DNA of 64,000 nt from Fimbriimonadaceae bacterium (GTDB lineage: Bacteria; Armatimonadota; UBA10988), in assembly GCA_020850355.1 (NCBI GenBank), contig JADZEX010000091.1:35755-99754 (forward strand), read 5' to 3'. A model generated the notes under the pieces. The model did no database searches. It was given only the letters and a program-made list of their open reading frames with translations, and had not been told where the DNA came from. Shown in pieces: positions 26,969 to 36,552 of this stretch (position 1 is the first letter of the stretch; every line of letters starts with the position of its first letter). Both the position numbers and the translations under genes were made by a program.

Positions 26969-27994
26969 TCAGCTCGCCTGGCGCAGAAAGGCCGCGGCCT
27001 CCTCGGGCGCCACCGGGTTGATGTGGAAGCCAGTGCCCCACTCGAAGCCGGCCGTGCCGGTGACTCGGGGTAGAATCTCGAGGTGCCAGCGCCAGTCGTG
27101 GGCCAGCGTGCCCCAGTAGTCCGGCCGGCCCGGCCGAGCACTGGTCGAGGGGGCGTTGAAGAGCATGTAGTTGTAGGCTGGATCGCCCAGCGCCGCGCGC
27201 ACGCGGCGTAGCACGCCGACCAGCACCGCGGCCAGGTCGGCCCGCTCGGCGTCGGTCAGCAGCGTGAAGTCATGACACTGCCGCAGGGGGTAGACCACCA
27301 GCTCGAAGGGCGACCGCGACGCGTAGGGCGCCAGCACCAGGTGATGCGCCGACTCCAGCACGACCCGGCTGCCATCGCGCCGCTCCTGGTCGATCAGGTC
27401 GGCGAAGAGGCAGCGTTCCTTGCGCCGAAAGTGCTCCCGCGCGGCCGCCAGCTTGGCCTTCGGCAGCGCCGGGATGATCGGTGTGGCGATCAACTGCGAG
27501 TGCGGGTGCCGCAGGGTCGCCCCGGCGGCTGCGCCGCGGTTGCGGAAGACGCAGTGGTAGCGGAGCCGCAGGTCGCGGCGCAAGTCGCGAATCCGCTCGG
27601 TGTAGGCGGTCAGTACCTTCTCGACGTGGCCGGGCGGCAGGTCGGACAGGTCGACATCATGGCGCGGCGTCTCGATGATCACCTCGTGCGCGCCGACCCC
27701 GTTCATGGCGTCGAACAGCCCGACCGCCCGCGGGTCGACCTGCCCCTCGACCTGCAGCGCCGGGAACCGGTTCGGGACCACCCGGACATCCCAGACCGGG
27801 CCATTGGCGGGGCTACCGGGTGGCCGCACGGCGAACACCTCGGCCGGGGTCTTGTCCTCGTTGCCGGCGGTGAACGGTCCGTTTGGCATCAGCGGCAGCT
27901 CGGCCTCGCCCGAGGGGGGCAGCGGGCGGTGGCCGCGCTCGGCCGCGATGATCACCCAACGGTCCAGGATCGGGTCCTTGCGCAGTTCGGGCAT
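26969..27994 (-). CDS. GalT-family (HIT-like) nucleotidyltransferase/phosphorylase; galactose-1-phosphate uridylyltransferase homologue
   Basis: ATG at 27994 (MPELRKDPILDRWVIIA) with GGAGAGG upstream; active-site motif HPHSQ. Confidence 0.75.
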   Translation of the reverse strand: MPELRKDPILDRWVIIAAERGHRPLPPSGEAELPLMPNGPFTAGNEDKTPAEVFAVRPPGSPANGPVWDVRVVPNRFPALQVEGQVDPRAVGLFDAMNGVGAHEVIIETPRHDVDLSDLPPGHVEKVLTAYTERIRDLRRDLRLRYHCVFRNRGAAAGATLRHPHSQLIATPIIPALPKAKLAAAREHFRRKERCLFADLIDQERRDGSRVVLESAHHLVLAPYASRSPFELVVYPLRQCHDFTLLTDAERADLAAVLVGVLRRVRAALGDPAYNYMLFNAPSTSARPGRPDYWGTLAHDWRWHLEILPRVTGTAGFEWGTGFHINPVAPEEAAAFLRQAS

Positions 27995-28011
27995 CGCACC
28001 TCTCCGGCCAG

Positions 28012-30177
28012 CTAGACCAACCAGTTCCGCAAGTCGTCGTCGGCCGCGGGCAGGGCCACCCGGTAGGTTCCGCGCCCCGGCCAGCGGTCGGCCAGCTCGG
28101 CGGCCTGGCCCAGCGCCACGCTCAACTCGAAGTGACCAGCAACCGCGGGCACCGCCGCCAGGGGGATGGCCAGCTCGACGAACCGGTCGACGGCGACCAG
28201 CGCGGTGCCCCCGCGACTCAGCGCGACATGCCGCGGCAGGGCGCGCTGCGTCGGGCTCGGCAGCCGCAGCTCCAGCTCCGTGGGGCCGGCAGTCAGTTGC
28301 AGCAGCAGACTCCAGGTCCCCGACGGAAGGCCTCGGGCGAGGTCGATCGCCAGGTAGAGGTGGGTGCTGTCGAAGCCGTAGCGCACCGCCTCGATGCTGG
28401 CGCCTTCGGCCTGCCGGCTCATCGCCCCGGCCGGCCCGCGACCCTCCAACCGCCCGGCCGCCCGCCACTCGTAGAACCAGGTCTCACGGCCGTCGACCTG
28501 GGGAGTCAGCGGCCCGACCGGCGGGGTCAACGGCGTGCTCGCGGCCAGCCCGGCGATCGGCTCGGCCAGGGCACCTGGCGCCGCCCGGCCGAGCAGCTCC
28601 CAGACCCGGGTCAGGTGATCCCGGAAGAGCGCGTCGAAGGCCGCGTCGTCAGCGCTGGAGTGGTCGTCGCCGTACCAACAGAACCAGTCGCTCCCCTCGG
28701 CAATCGAGAGGTGCTCCCAAGCCTGCTCGAGCACTTCCGGCGGCAGGCCGTCGGCGGCCTCAACCAGCGCGGCGCGAGTCAGGTGGAGCAGCTCCCAGGC
28801 GCGCTGGTCTTCGCGGTGGCCGGCCCAGATGTAGAAGTCGTGGTTGATCCAGGAGCCCGGGAAGACCCACTCCAGGGCCGGCGGTTGCGGCGCCCGGGCG
28901 AGATGCTCGCTGAAGGTCAGCGGTTCCAACCAGGGATGCGCTTCGAGCTCCTGGTAGAGCCGGCGCAGGAAGTCGTAGCCGTTGCGGGGGTAGTACTCCC
29001 AGCAGTTCTCGCCGTCCAGGATCACCGCCACCACCGGGCGCTCCAACGCGCCCGCCTGTCCGGCGGTTCGCTCCAACAGCCGAATCAGATCGGCGACGGC
29101 GTCCTCGGGTCGCCACGAGGCGTAGTCGAAGCCGATCTTGTCGCTGGCGCGGTGATGGCGGAAGAACAGGTTGAGGCCCTCGAACTGCCACGGCTGCAGG
29201 AAGTCGACGGCCTCGGGACGGCGTCCGGGCCGCCCACTGGGGTCGCCCTGCCGCAGCAGGCTGTGGCTCAGAATCTGCTCGTCGGTGGCCGCCCAGCGGA
29301 AGCCGGCGGCGGCGGCAAGCTGCAGCGCGCGCGTCGAGACCGAGCCCTCCGACGGCCAGAGACCCGCCGGCGCGAAGCCGAGCAACTGCTCGCAGAGCTG
29401 CCGGCCGCGCTGCAGTTGCCGCGCGGCGTCGTCCGGCAGATCGACCACGCCGGGCGGCATCGCCACGCCCGGCATCGCCGTCTGCACGTCCGGGTAGTGG
29501 CACAGTAGCGGCAGAATCGGATGGTAGTAAGGCGTCGTCGAGAGCTCGACGTGGCCGGCCTGGGCCGCCGCCACATAGCGCGGGATCACCTCGCCGACTG
29601 CCGCGTCGAGAGTGGCGTGCAGCGCCTGCTGATCGGCCTCACTGTAGCCGCGGCCCTGGGCCACCAGGCTGGCCACCAGTGGATCACGGGAGCGCAGGTG
29701 GTGCCCGCACCAGGCCAACTGAAACCAGACCTGCAGATCGCGCCAGTCCTGCGTCGTGAAGCGCTGAATCGTCTCGTCGACGACCGCCGGCAGGAGGTGG
29801 CGGCCACGCAGCTCCAGCAGCTCGGCGTAGCGCGGCACCGGCTCGATCATCTGGGGCCAGTGGCACTTGAAGCCGTTCTCCAGCAGCCAGCGGCAGTCGT
29901 CGGCGCTGAGGTCGTCGGCCGGGATGGCGGTGATCCGGCGGGCGGCGTCGGTGGTCGTGCCAGCGGCGTAGCGCTGCACCTGGTCCAGCAGCGAGGGCAC
30001 CAGGTTGAAGGTCAGGTGGCAGCCGGGAAACTCGGCGGCCACGGCGATCATGTCGAGGTAGTCTTTGAGGGCGTGGAGGCGGGTCCAGGGCAGCACCATC
30101 TCCCCGCTGCGCGGGTCGCCATACCAGGGCTGGTGCATGTGCCAGAGGAACGTGACTGAGGTTGGCCGGCCGCTCAT
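28012..30177 (-). CDS. glycoside hydrolase family 57 protein (alpha-glucan-active; branching enzyme, amylase or glucanotransferase)
   Basis: ATG at 30177; GH57 N-terminal signature FLWHMHQPWY. Confidence 0.8.
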   Translation of the reverse strand: MSGRPTSVTFLWHMHQPWYGDPRSGEMVLPWTRLHALKDYLDMIAVAAEFPGCHLTFNLVPSLLDQVQRYAAGTTTDAARRITAIPADDLSADDCRWLLENGFKCHWPQMIEPVPRYAELLELRGRHLLPAVVDETIQRFTTQDWRDLQVWFQLAWCGHHLRSRDPLVASLVAQGRGYSEADQQALHATLDAAVGEVIPRYVAAAQAGHVELSTTPYYHPILPLLCHYPDVQTAMPGVAMPPGVVDLPDDAARQLQRGRQLCEQLLGFAPAGLWPSEGSVSTRALQLAAAAGFRWAATDEQILSHSLLRQGDPSGRPGRRPEAVDFLQPWQFEGLNLFFRHHRASDKIGFDYASWRPEDAVADLIRLLERTAGQAGALERPVVAVILDGENCWEYYPRNGYDFLRRLYQELEAHPWLEPLTFSEHLARAPQPPALEWVFPGSWINHDFYIWAGHREDQRAWELLHLTRAALVEAADGLPPEVLEQAWEHLSIAEGSDWFCWYGDDHSSADDAAFDALFRDHLTRVWELLGRAAPGALAEPIAGLAASTPLTPPVGPLTPQVDGRETWFYEWRAAGRLEGRGPAGAMSRQAEGASIEAVRYGFDSTHLYLAIDLARGLPSGTWSLLLQLTAGPTELELRLPSPTQRALPRHVALSRGGTALVAVDRFVELAIPLAAVPAVAGHFELSVALGQAAELADRWPGRGTYRVALPAADDDLRNWLV

Positions 30178-30308
30178 AGCCCTCAGGGCGCCGCGGCGGG
30201 CAGAACGGGCAGGCCGCGTCACCCCAGGAGCCGAGTATGCTCCCGCCGGGGCCAGGAGTCAACGTGGCAGACGCCTCCCGAACACCGGCCGCAGCAGCTT
30301 GCAGGCCG

Positions 30309-30423
30309 GTGTTTCACGTGAAACACCGGCCCCGCCGGAGCCCAGCCGGCTGCGCCCGGGCCTCCGTTTCACGTGAAACAGCGTTTGGCGCCGGGCCGGT
30401 GCGAGCTGTTTCACGTGAAACAG
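30309..30423. repeat. array of 3 palindromic repeats at 30309, 30366, 30406 (first extends to 24-bp perfect palindrome CCGGTGTTTCACGTGAAACACCGG)
   Basis: Seen in sequence between two minus-strand genes. Confidence 0.9.
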
Positions 30424-30441
30424 CGGTCCGCGCAGCGGCGG

Positions 30442-33400
30442 TCAGGGGCCGCTGCGCCGCAGCTTCACCGCGACATCGCCGCGAATCCTTGGCAACTCCA
30501 CCGTCGTCGCGCTGGCGGTCACGGTGACCGGCAGCCGGCTGGTCGCGACGCCCTGGGTGGTGTCCCAGAACTCGGCCTCCCAGCGGCCGTTGGTCAGACC
30601 GTCGACGCTGACCCGGCCGCCCTCGACCGCCTGCAGCGGCTCTTGCTGCATCACCTGGCGGTACCAGGTCGCGCGCCGGTCTTGGACCCACAGGAAGGCC
30701 TGCGTCGGGCCGCGCATCGCCCAGCAGCGGAGCTGCGCGGGGCTCACCGCCGGCGTCAGCGGCTGCAGCCCCAGCGTCGTCAGAGGCTCACCTGCCAGGT
30801 ACCGCGCCAGGGCCCGCAGGTGGTGGTGTTGCTCGAACTTGGTGACCAGGTACGACAGCCACTCCGTGCCGCCGCCGGCGAAGCCCTGGTGGAAGCTGGC
30901 CCAGAGCTGGTTGTGCAGATGCACCATGTTGGGACTGCGGGCGGCGAACGCCTCGGCCGACTGGCCGAGGCCGGGACCGATTTCGCAGAGTCCGCCCTCG
31001 GAACTGAAGACCGGCTTGCCGACGCCCAGCAGCGGCTCGATCTGGGCCGCGGTCAGCGCGGCGAGGTCGGTGCCGAGGCCGTCGGGGATGTCGCGCGAGG
31101 GAACGTACCAGCCACCGAGATCGACGAGGTCGCTGCCGCGCCCTTGCCACGCGCCGCCCTCGCCGATGATGGTCGGGTGCTCGTAGACGTCGGCCTGCCG
31201 GAAGGTCGCGACCAGCTCGCTGATCCAGCCCGCCAGTAGCGGCTCGGGCTGGCGGAACGAGACCTCGTCGCCGTAGCCGTAGTAGAGGAGTTGCGGGCTG
31301 GCGGCGTAGCGTGCGGCGATCAGCTCCACCAGGTTGCGGCACATCGCCCGCGCCCGGCCGTTGGTATAGACGCTGTCGGGTGTCTCGCACGGTCCCCCGG
31401 CGCCGCGGTAGAAGGCCTTGTCCTCGAACGGCCCGCGGCGCAGCTCGTCGTCAAAGACCTGCAAGTAGATGCCGTGCCGTGTCGCGCTGTCCAGTATCTG
31501 GTCCAGGCGGTGCAGCGCGAACTGCGAGTAGACGTCGGGCCAGGTCCGCAGCTCGCCCCACTGGAAGGTCGGCAGGAAGGCGTAGTTCTGCTGGAACGAA
31601 GCCTGCAGGGCAAACTGCGCGTCGATCGCCGCGAGGCTCTGCGGCAGCCAGCCGGAGACTCCCAGGATGAAGAACGGCTGGCCGTTGTCGTGCTCCAGGT
31701 AGCGCGGGTCGCGCCGGCTGACGCGCACGAAGCCGGGGCTCTCGGAGGCCGTGCAGGTGAACTGCCGCTCTCCGGACCGGACCAGCCCCTGGCCGTCGTC
31801 GAGGGCGACCTGCCAGCGGTAGAGCCCGGTCTCGCGCGGCGTGTAGCGGATCTGCCAGGCCGCCCCGGCCTGCGGTTCGAGGGCGCCGGACGGCTGCAAC
31901 GTCGTGAAGTCCTGGCGGAAGAAGCCGGCCACGCGGTCGATGCGACCCGCCGGTGTGGTGAACCAGGCGGTCAGACTGACGTCGTCCGAGTCGTACGGGT
32001 TGGCGTAGTCGGCCTGCAGATCGACCTCAATGGCCAGCGGCTGGTAACGCGGCACGCTGCCGGCGGCCAGGCCGTGGCAGTCGTCGCTGGCGTAGCGGGT
32101 CAGGTCGTAGCTGCGAACGCGGATCCAACTGACGCTGTCCGCGATGTTGCGGACGCTGATGCGGTGCCGGCCCGCGCTCACCGGCACGGCGAAGCGTTGG
32201 TTGTAGGTACAGGTATCGATGTTCCAGCGGTCGTCGTGGCGCGAGCCGGGCTGTCCGGCCGCGGGCAGCTCGAAGACCGTCGGCTGGTCGTCGACCTGAA
32301 TCTGCAGCCGCGCGTCGACGCCGATCTGCTCGACGAACACCCCGAACTCGCCAGCGGCGGCGTAGTCGACCAGAAAGATCGGCGGCGGGCCGTGTTGCTG
32401 GCGCGCCTGCCCATGCAGATGCGTCCCGAGCTGCCGCAGATCGGGCGGCGTGGCGGCGGTCAAGTCAAACTCGGCCGGGTCCTGGTCCGACCGTTGGAAC
32501 GGCCCGCGCGGCAGCAGCGTGACGTCGAACGGCCCGCCGGCCGCGAAGCGCGGTCGGATCCGCCGGAGCTGTGGCCGGGGTGAGCGCTGCGCGAACGGCG
32601 CCACCGCCGCGATCTCAAGCGGCCGCGCGCCAGCGTTGACCGCGCTCGGCAGGGCGTCGGCCGGCAGGACCACGACCGGCGAGTGGCGATTCAACAGGTG
32701 TCGCGGCAACGGCAGAGCGGCCAGTTCGGCGGCGCTGAAGGCAGTCTGGTCACCGCGCGCCAGCAGCCGCAGGCTGAAGCCCTTGGCCGCCAGCCAGGCA
32801 TCGTTGTGCCAACCCAGCAGCAGCCCGTAGCGGCCCGCCGGAGCGGGCTGCGGCAGCACCGCGAACCCGCGCTGGGCGTCGACCGGCAGGCCGGCGGTGA
32901 GCAGCGTCGGGGCCTGCCAGATCCCGCCCCAGGCCGGCCCCCAGACCCGCACGGTCAGCAGGTTCGGCGCGCCGTACTGCAGGTGGTCGGTGAGGTTCAG
33001 GCGACCGACCCCGGCGCTGCCGCCGGCCACGGCGCAGGCGCCCTCCTCGGCGGCGTTCCAGGTGGTCCGGACCAGCGCGCCGTTGACCCAGATCCAGCCG
33101 TACTGCTCGATCCGCCCGAGGTGCAGCTCGATCTGCCGGCCCCGCCAGGTCTCCGGGATGGTCAGCCAGCGGCGGTACCAGACGAAGCCGGCGTGGTTGG
33201 TGAGACCCTGCGAGGCCCAGCTCCCGACCAGTTGACCCGGTCGCCAGTCGTCGTCGGTGATCCCGGCGGTGTGCCAACCGGACTCTTCCCCGGTGGCCTG
33301 CGGATCGGCCCGCAGCCGCCAGCCCGGGCCCGCCAGGTCGACCACTCCCGCGGCGGGGTCAATCGTCAGCGCCGCGCCGGGCGGCTGGGCTGCCGGCAGC

Positions 33401-33957
33401 TCCAGCAGGGCAGGCGTCGCCCCCACGGCGGCGTCGCAGCGGGCCGGGCCGGGCGTCACCCAGAACCCATCGAGCAGGGCCTGATGCCGCCAGATCCGCA
33501 ACGTCGGCCGCAACTCCAAGACGTGCGCGCCGGCGGCCAGGGCCCCGAGCGGTGTCCTGACGAGACCCCAGCGGGGATCGCCCTGGTGCTCCAGCTCCTG
33601 GGTCGGCAACAGCACGATCGGCTGCCAGGGACCGCCGTCGAGGCGCACGTGCCAGACCTTCAGCAGCCGGCCCAGCTTGAAGTACGGTGCGTAGGGACTC
33701 GCCGCGTAGCGCAGCAGCAGCGTCGCCGCGGCGAACGGCGTGGGCAGCTCCAGACGGCAGACCAGCGGGTCGAGCCCCGCCCCGCCGAGCGAGACGGCGC
33801 GGTCGCCGGAGGCCGCGGCCGCCGGCAGCACCTGCGCGCCTGCGGCCGGCGCCTGAGGGTCCCACAGCGCTTCGGCCTCCACCCAGCGCGAGGCGGGCGC
33901 CGCGAGCGTGGGACCGAGCAAACTCAGACCGAGCAGCAACAGCGCCAGGCGGGACAT
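30442..33957 (-). CDS. large secreted multidomain glycoside hydrolase (GH2-type sugar-binding jelly-roll plus TIM-barrel GH5-like region)
   Basis: ATG at 33957 with GGGAG upstream; signal peptide MSRLALLLLGLSLLG; beta-galactosidase-like segment FVWYRRWLTIPETWRGRQIELHLGRIEQYGWIWVNG. Confidence 0.55.
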   Translation of the reverse strand: MSRLALLLLGLSLLGPTLAAPASRWVEAEALWDPQAPAAGAQVLPAAAASGDRAVSLGGAGLDPLVCRLELPTPFAAATLLLRYAASPYAPYFKLGRLLKVWHVRLDGGPWQPIVLLPTQELEHQGDPRWGLVRTPLGALAAGAHVLELRPTLRIWRHQALLDGFWVTPGPARCDAAVGATPALLELPAAQPPGAALTIDPAAGVVDLAGPGWRLRADPQATGEESGWHTAGITDDDWRPGQLVGSWASQGLTNHAGFVWYRRWLTIPETWRGRQIELHLGRIEQYGWIWVNGALVRTTWNAAEEGACAVAGGSAGVGRLNLTDHLQYGAPNLLTVRVWGPAWGGIWQAPTLLTAGLPVDAQRGFAVLPQPAPAGRYGLLLGWHNDAWLAAKGFSLRLLARGDQTAFSAAELAALPLPRHLLNRHSPVVVLPADALPSAVNAGARPLEIAAVAPFAQRSPRPQLRRIRPRFAAGGPFDVTLLPRGPFQRSDQDPAEFDLTAATPPDLRQLGTHLHGQARQQHGPPPIFLVDYAAAGEFGVFVEQIGVDARLQIQVDDQPTVFELPAAGQPGSRHDDRWNIDTCTYNQRFAVPVSAGRHRISVRNIADSVSWIRVRSYDLTRYASDDCHGLAAGSVPRYQPLAIEVDLQADYANPYDSDDVSLTAWFTTPAGRIDRVAGFFRQDFTTLQPSGALEPQAGAAWQIRYTPRETGLYRWQVALDDGQGLVRSGERQFTCTASESPGFVRVSRRDPRYLEHDNGQPFFILGVSGWLPQSLAAIDAQFALQASFQQNYAFLPTFQWGELRTWPDVYSQFALHRLDQILDSATRHGIYLQVFDDELRRGPFEDKAFYRGAGGPCETPDSVYTNGRARAMCRNLVELIAARYAASPQLLYYGYGDEVSFRQPEPLLAGWISELVATFRQADVYEHPTIIGEGGAWQGRGSDLVDLGGWYVPSRDIPDGLGTDLAALTAAQIEPLLGVGKPVFSSEGGLCEIGPGLGQSAEAFAARSPNMVHLHNQLWASFHQGFAGGGTEWLSYLVTKFEQHHHLRALARYLAGEPLTTLGLQPLTPAVSPAQLRCWAMRGPTQAFLWVQDRRATWYRQVMQQEPLQAVEGGRVSVDGLTNGRWEAEFWDTTQGVATSRLPVTVTASATTVELPRIRGDVAVKLRRSGP

Positions 33958-34064
33958 CGGGGCAACTCCCAGATTCGGTGGCGCGGCCATTCGCCCGCCG
34001 CGGCCCGCACTCCTGCGGCAGGAACCCGGCCAGCGGTGCCGCAATCCGTCGCACGGAGATCGCC

Positions 34065-36473
34065 ATGCCGCGGTTCACGCTGCTGCTGACCCTCAGTCTG
34101 ACTGCCGCCCACGGCGCGCTGACGCTCGATCAGCGGCCCGCCGTGGAGGGCGAGTGGGGCTATCGCCCGGCGCCGGGTGCCCGCTGCGAGGTCAACCCGC
34201 CGGGCTTCAGTTGGCGCCCGACCAGCGGCACGGCCAGCTACGAGCTGCAGGTCGGCCGCGGCGGCGACTTCGCGACGGTGGCCTACCAGGCCGGCGGCAT
34301 CCGCTACAACGTCCATTGCCCCCCGCAGGCGCTGCCGGCGGGCGACTACGTCTGGCGCGACCGCGCGCTGGACACCGCCGGCGCGGCCAGCGAGTGGAGC
34401 GAGGCGCGCGCCTTCACGCTGCCGGCGACCGCGGTGGCGCTGCCGCTGCCGGCGAAGGCCGACCTGCTGGCGCGGGTGCCGGCCGGTCATCCGCGGCTGT
34501 TCGTGCGGCCGGAGCAGATGGACCGCCTGCGGCAGTTGGCCGCGGGCGACCTCAAGCCGGCCTACGACGACCTCCGCAAACGCTGCGACGACCTCCTCGT
34601 GAAGCCGCCCCCGACCGCCGAACCACCGCGCTATCCCGAGGGCATGGTGCGGAGCAGTGAGGAATGGCTGAAGATCTGGTGGGGCAACCGCACCTACACC
34701 GTCGCCGCACTCGACAGCGCCGCCACCTTGGCCTTCACCTGGCGGCTCAGCGGTCACGAACCGTACGGTCAACTGGCCCGCCGGTTGCTCCTCGACTGCG
34801 CCAGGTGGGACCCCCTCGGCGCCACCGGCTTCCGGTACAACGACGAGGCCGGGATGCCCTACAACTGGGGCTTCGCGCGGACCTACACCTTCCTCTGGGA
34901 CCTGCTGAGCCCGGCCGAACGCGCCGAGTGCCAGCGGGTCATGAAGATCCGCGGCGACGAGATGTTCAAGTTCCTCTGCCCGCGCCACTTCTGGCAGCCG
35001 TACAACAGCCACAACAACCGCGCCTGGCACAAACTCGGGGAGATCGGGCTGGCCTTCCTGGGCGAAGTCGAAGGCGCCGACGAGTGGGTCTGGTTCGCGA
35101 TGAACGTCTTCTGCTGCACCTACCCCGTGTGGTCGGACGATGACGGTGGCTGGCACGAGGGGTCGTCCTATTGGTACAGCTACCTCGACCGCTTCACCTG
35201 GTGGGCCGACATCATGCGCGCCGCGTTCAACATCGACGCCTACGACCAGCCCTACTTCGCGAAGATCGGCTACTACCCGCTCTACCTGATGCCCCCCGGC
35301 GCCGCCTGGGGCGGCTTCGGCGACCTGACGCCCGACCGCAAGGCGTCCGGCAATGTGCCGTTGGTCAGCAACCTGGCAGCGCAGGCTGGCAACGGGCATT
35401 GGCAGTGGTATGTCGAGCAGATGGGCGGTCCGACCGCCAAGAGCGGCTACGTCGGCTACATCCGCGGCGCGCTACCGCCAGTCAAGGCGACCGCGCCCAA
35501 CGACCTGCCGACCTCGCGCCTGTTCCGCGGCACCGGGCAGGCCTGCCTCAACAGCACGCTTAGCAGCGCTGCCGACAACGTCCAGGTGGTCTTCAAGTCG
35601 AGTCCCTTCGGCACCCAGTCGCACGGCTACGAGGCCAACAACTCGTTCATCCTGTCAGCCTTCGGCAAGCCGCTGCTAATCCAGACCGGCCGCCGCGACA
35701 CTTACGGCAGCGAACACCACCGCGACTGGATGTGGTCGACCCGCTCCGTCAACAACATCCTGGTCAATGGCCGCGGGCAGGTGGCGCACTCCGCGACGGC
35801 GCACGGCGAGGTGGTCGGCTTCGCCACGTCACCCGGCATCGACGCCGTGGTCGGCGAGGCGGCCGGCTCCTACCGCGTCGACCCGACCGCTGAGCAGAAG
35901 GCCGCGGGCGCCCAGCCGCAGCGGCCGCTGGAGAGCTTCCGGCGGGCGGTGATCCTGGTCAAGCCCGACCTCGTGATCGTCTGGGACCGTCTCCGGGCGA
36001 AGGAGCCGGCGACCTTCGACTACTGGCTGCACGCGCCGCAGCGCTTCGCCGGCGACAGCCCGGCCGCCTGGCGGGTCACCAACGGCGAGGTCAGCGCCGA
36101 CCTGGAGCTGCATACCCCAACGCCGCTGACCTGGCGGCAGACCGACCAGTACGACCCCAACCCCCGCGACCGCGTCAAGGTCCGCGAGTGGCACCTCACT
36201 GCCAGCACCAGCGACCCGCGCCGCGAGTTGCCCTTCCTGCTGCTCGCCCGGCCCACCCGCCCCGGCGCCCCACCCCTGCCGCCGGCCGCGGTGCAGCACC
36301 TGCCGGCGGGCTATCTCGTCCGCCAGCCCCTGGCCGCGGGTGAGGTGGTGGCCCTGCTCCCGACCGGCGCCGCCCCGCTGAGCGGCCACGGCCTGACCAC
36401 CCAGGGCGAACTGCTGATCGAGCGGCGGCAGCCCGGCCAGCCCCCGCAGACCCTGCGGCTGCCGGCGGGGTAG
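34065..36473 (+). CDS. heparinase II/III-like polysaccharide lyase family protein, secreted
   Basis: ATG at 34065 with GGAG upstream; signal peptide; alpha/alpha-toroid-like N-terminal half and beta-rich C-terminal half; assignment by overall resemblance only. Confidence 0.5.
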   Translation: MPRFTLLLTLSLTAAHGALTLDQRPAVEGEWGYRPAPGARCEVNPPGFSWRPTSGTASYELQVGRGGDFATVAYQAGGIRYNVHCPPQALPAGDYVWRDRALDTAGAASEWSEARAFTLPATAVALPLPAKADLLARVPAGHPRLFVRPEQMDRLRQLAAGDLKPAYDDLRKRCDDLLVKPPPTAEPPRYPEGMVRSSEEWLKIWWGNRTYTVAALDSAATLAFTWRLSGHEPYGQLARRLLLDCARWDPLGATGFRYNDEAGMPYNWGFARTYTFLWDLLSPAERAECQRVMKIRGDEMFKFLCPRHFWQPYNSHNNRAWHKLGEIGLAFLGEVEGADEWVWFAMNVFCCTYPVWSDDDGGWHEGSSYWYSYLDRFTWWADIMRAAFNIDAYDQPYFAKIGYYPLYLMPPGAAWGGFGDLTPDRKASGNVPLVSNLAAQAGNGHWQWYVEQMGGPTAKSGYVGYIRGALPPVKATAPNDLPTSRLFRGTGQACLNSTLSSAADNVQVVFKSSPFGTQSHGYEANNSFILSAFGKPLLIQTGRRDTYGSEHHRDWMWSTRSVNNILVNGRGQVAHSATAHGEVVGFATSPGIDAVVGEAAGSYRVDPTAEQKAAGAQPQRPLESFRRAVILVKPDLVIVWDRLRAKEPATFDYWLHAPQRFAGDSPAAWRVTNGEVSADLELHTPTPLTWRQTDQYDPNPRDRVKVREWHLTASTSDPRRELPFLLLARPTRPGAPPLPPAAVQHLPAGYLVRQPLAAGEVVALLPTGAAPLSGHGLTTQGELLIERRQPGQPPQTLRLPAG

Positions 36474-36552
36474 GTCGGGCCTTTGCGGGTTTGTTAGGAG
36501 TGGTGCAGGTAGCGTACTTCCCAGCCGGGCAGTCGGCTGGGAGGTACGGGCG

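Noticed and set aside
22974-27073. Plus-strand ORFs 22974-23558, 23384-24649, 24671-25534 and 25694-27073
   Set aside because: Antisense to the 1319-aa histidine kinase with clear H-box and G-box motifs.
26969-27994. GalT-like gene as evidence of a galactose (Leloir) operon
   Set aside because: No galK or galE neighbours; the gene sits inside a glycogen/alpha-glucan cluster, so a role in galactose catabolism is not supported by context (function left open).
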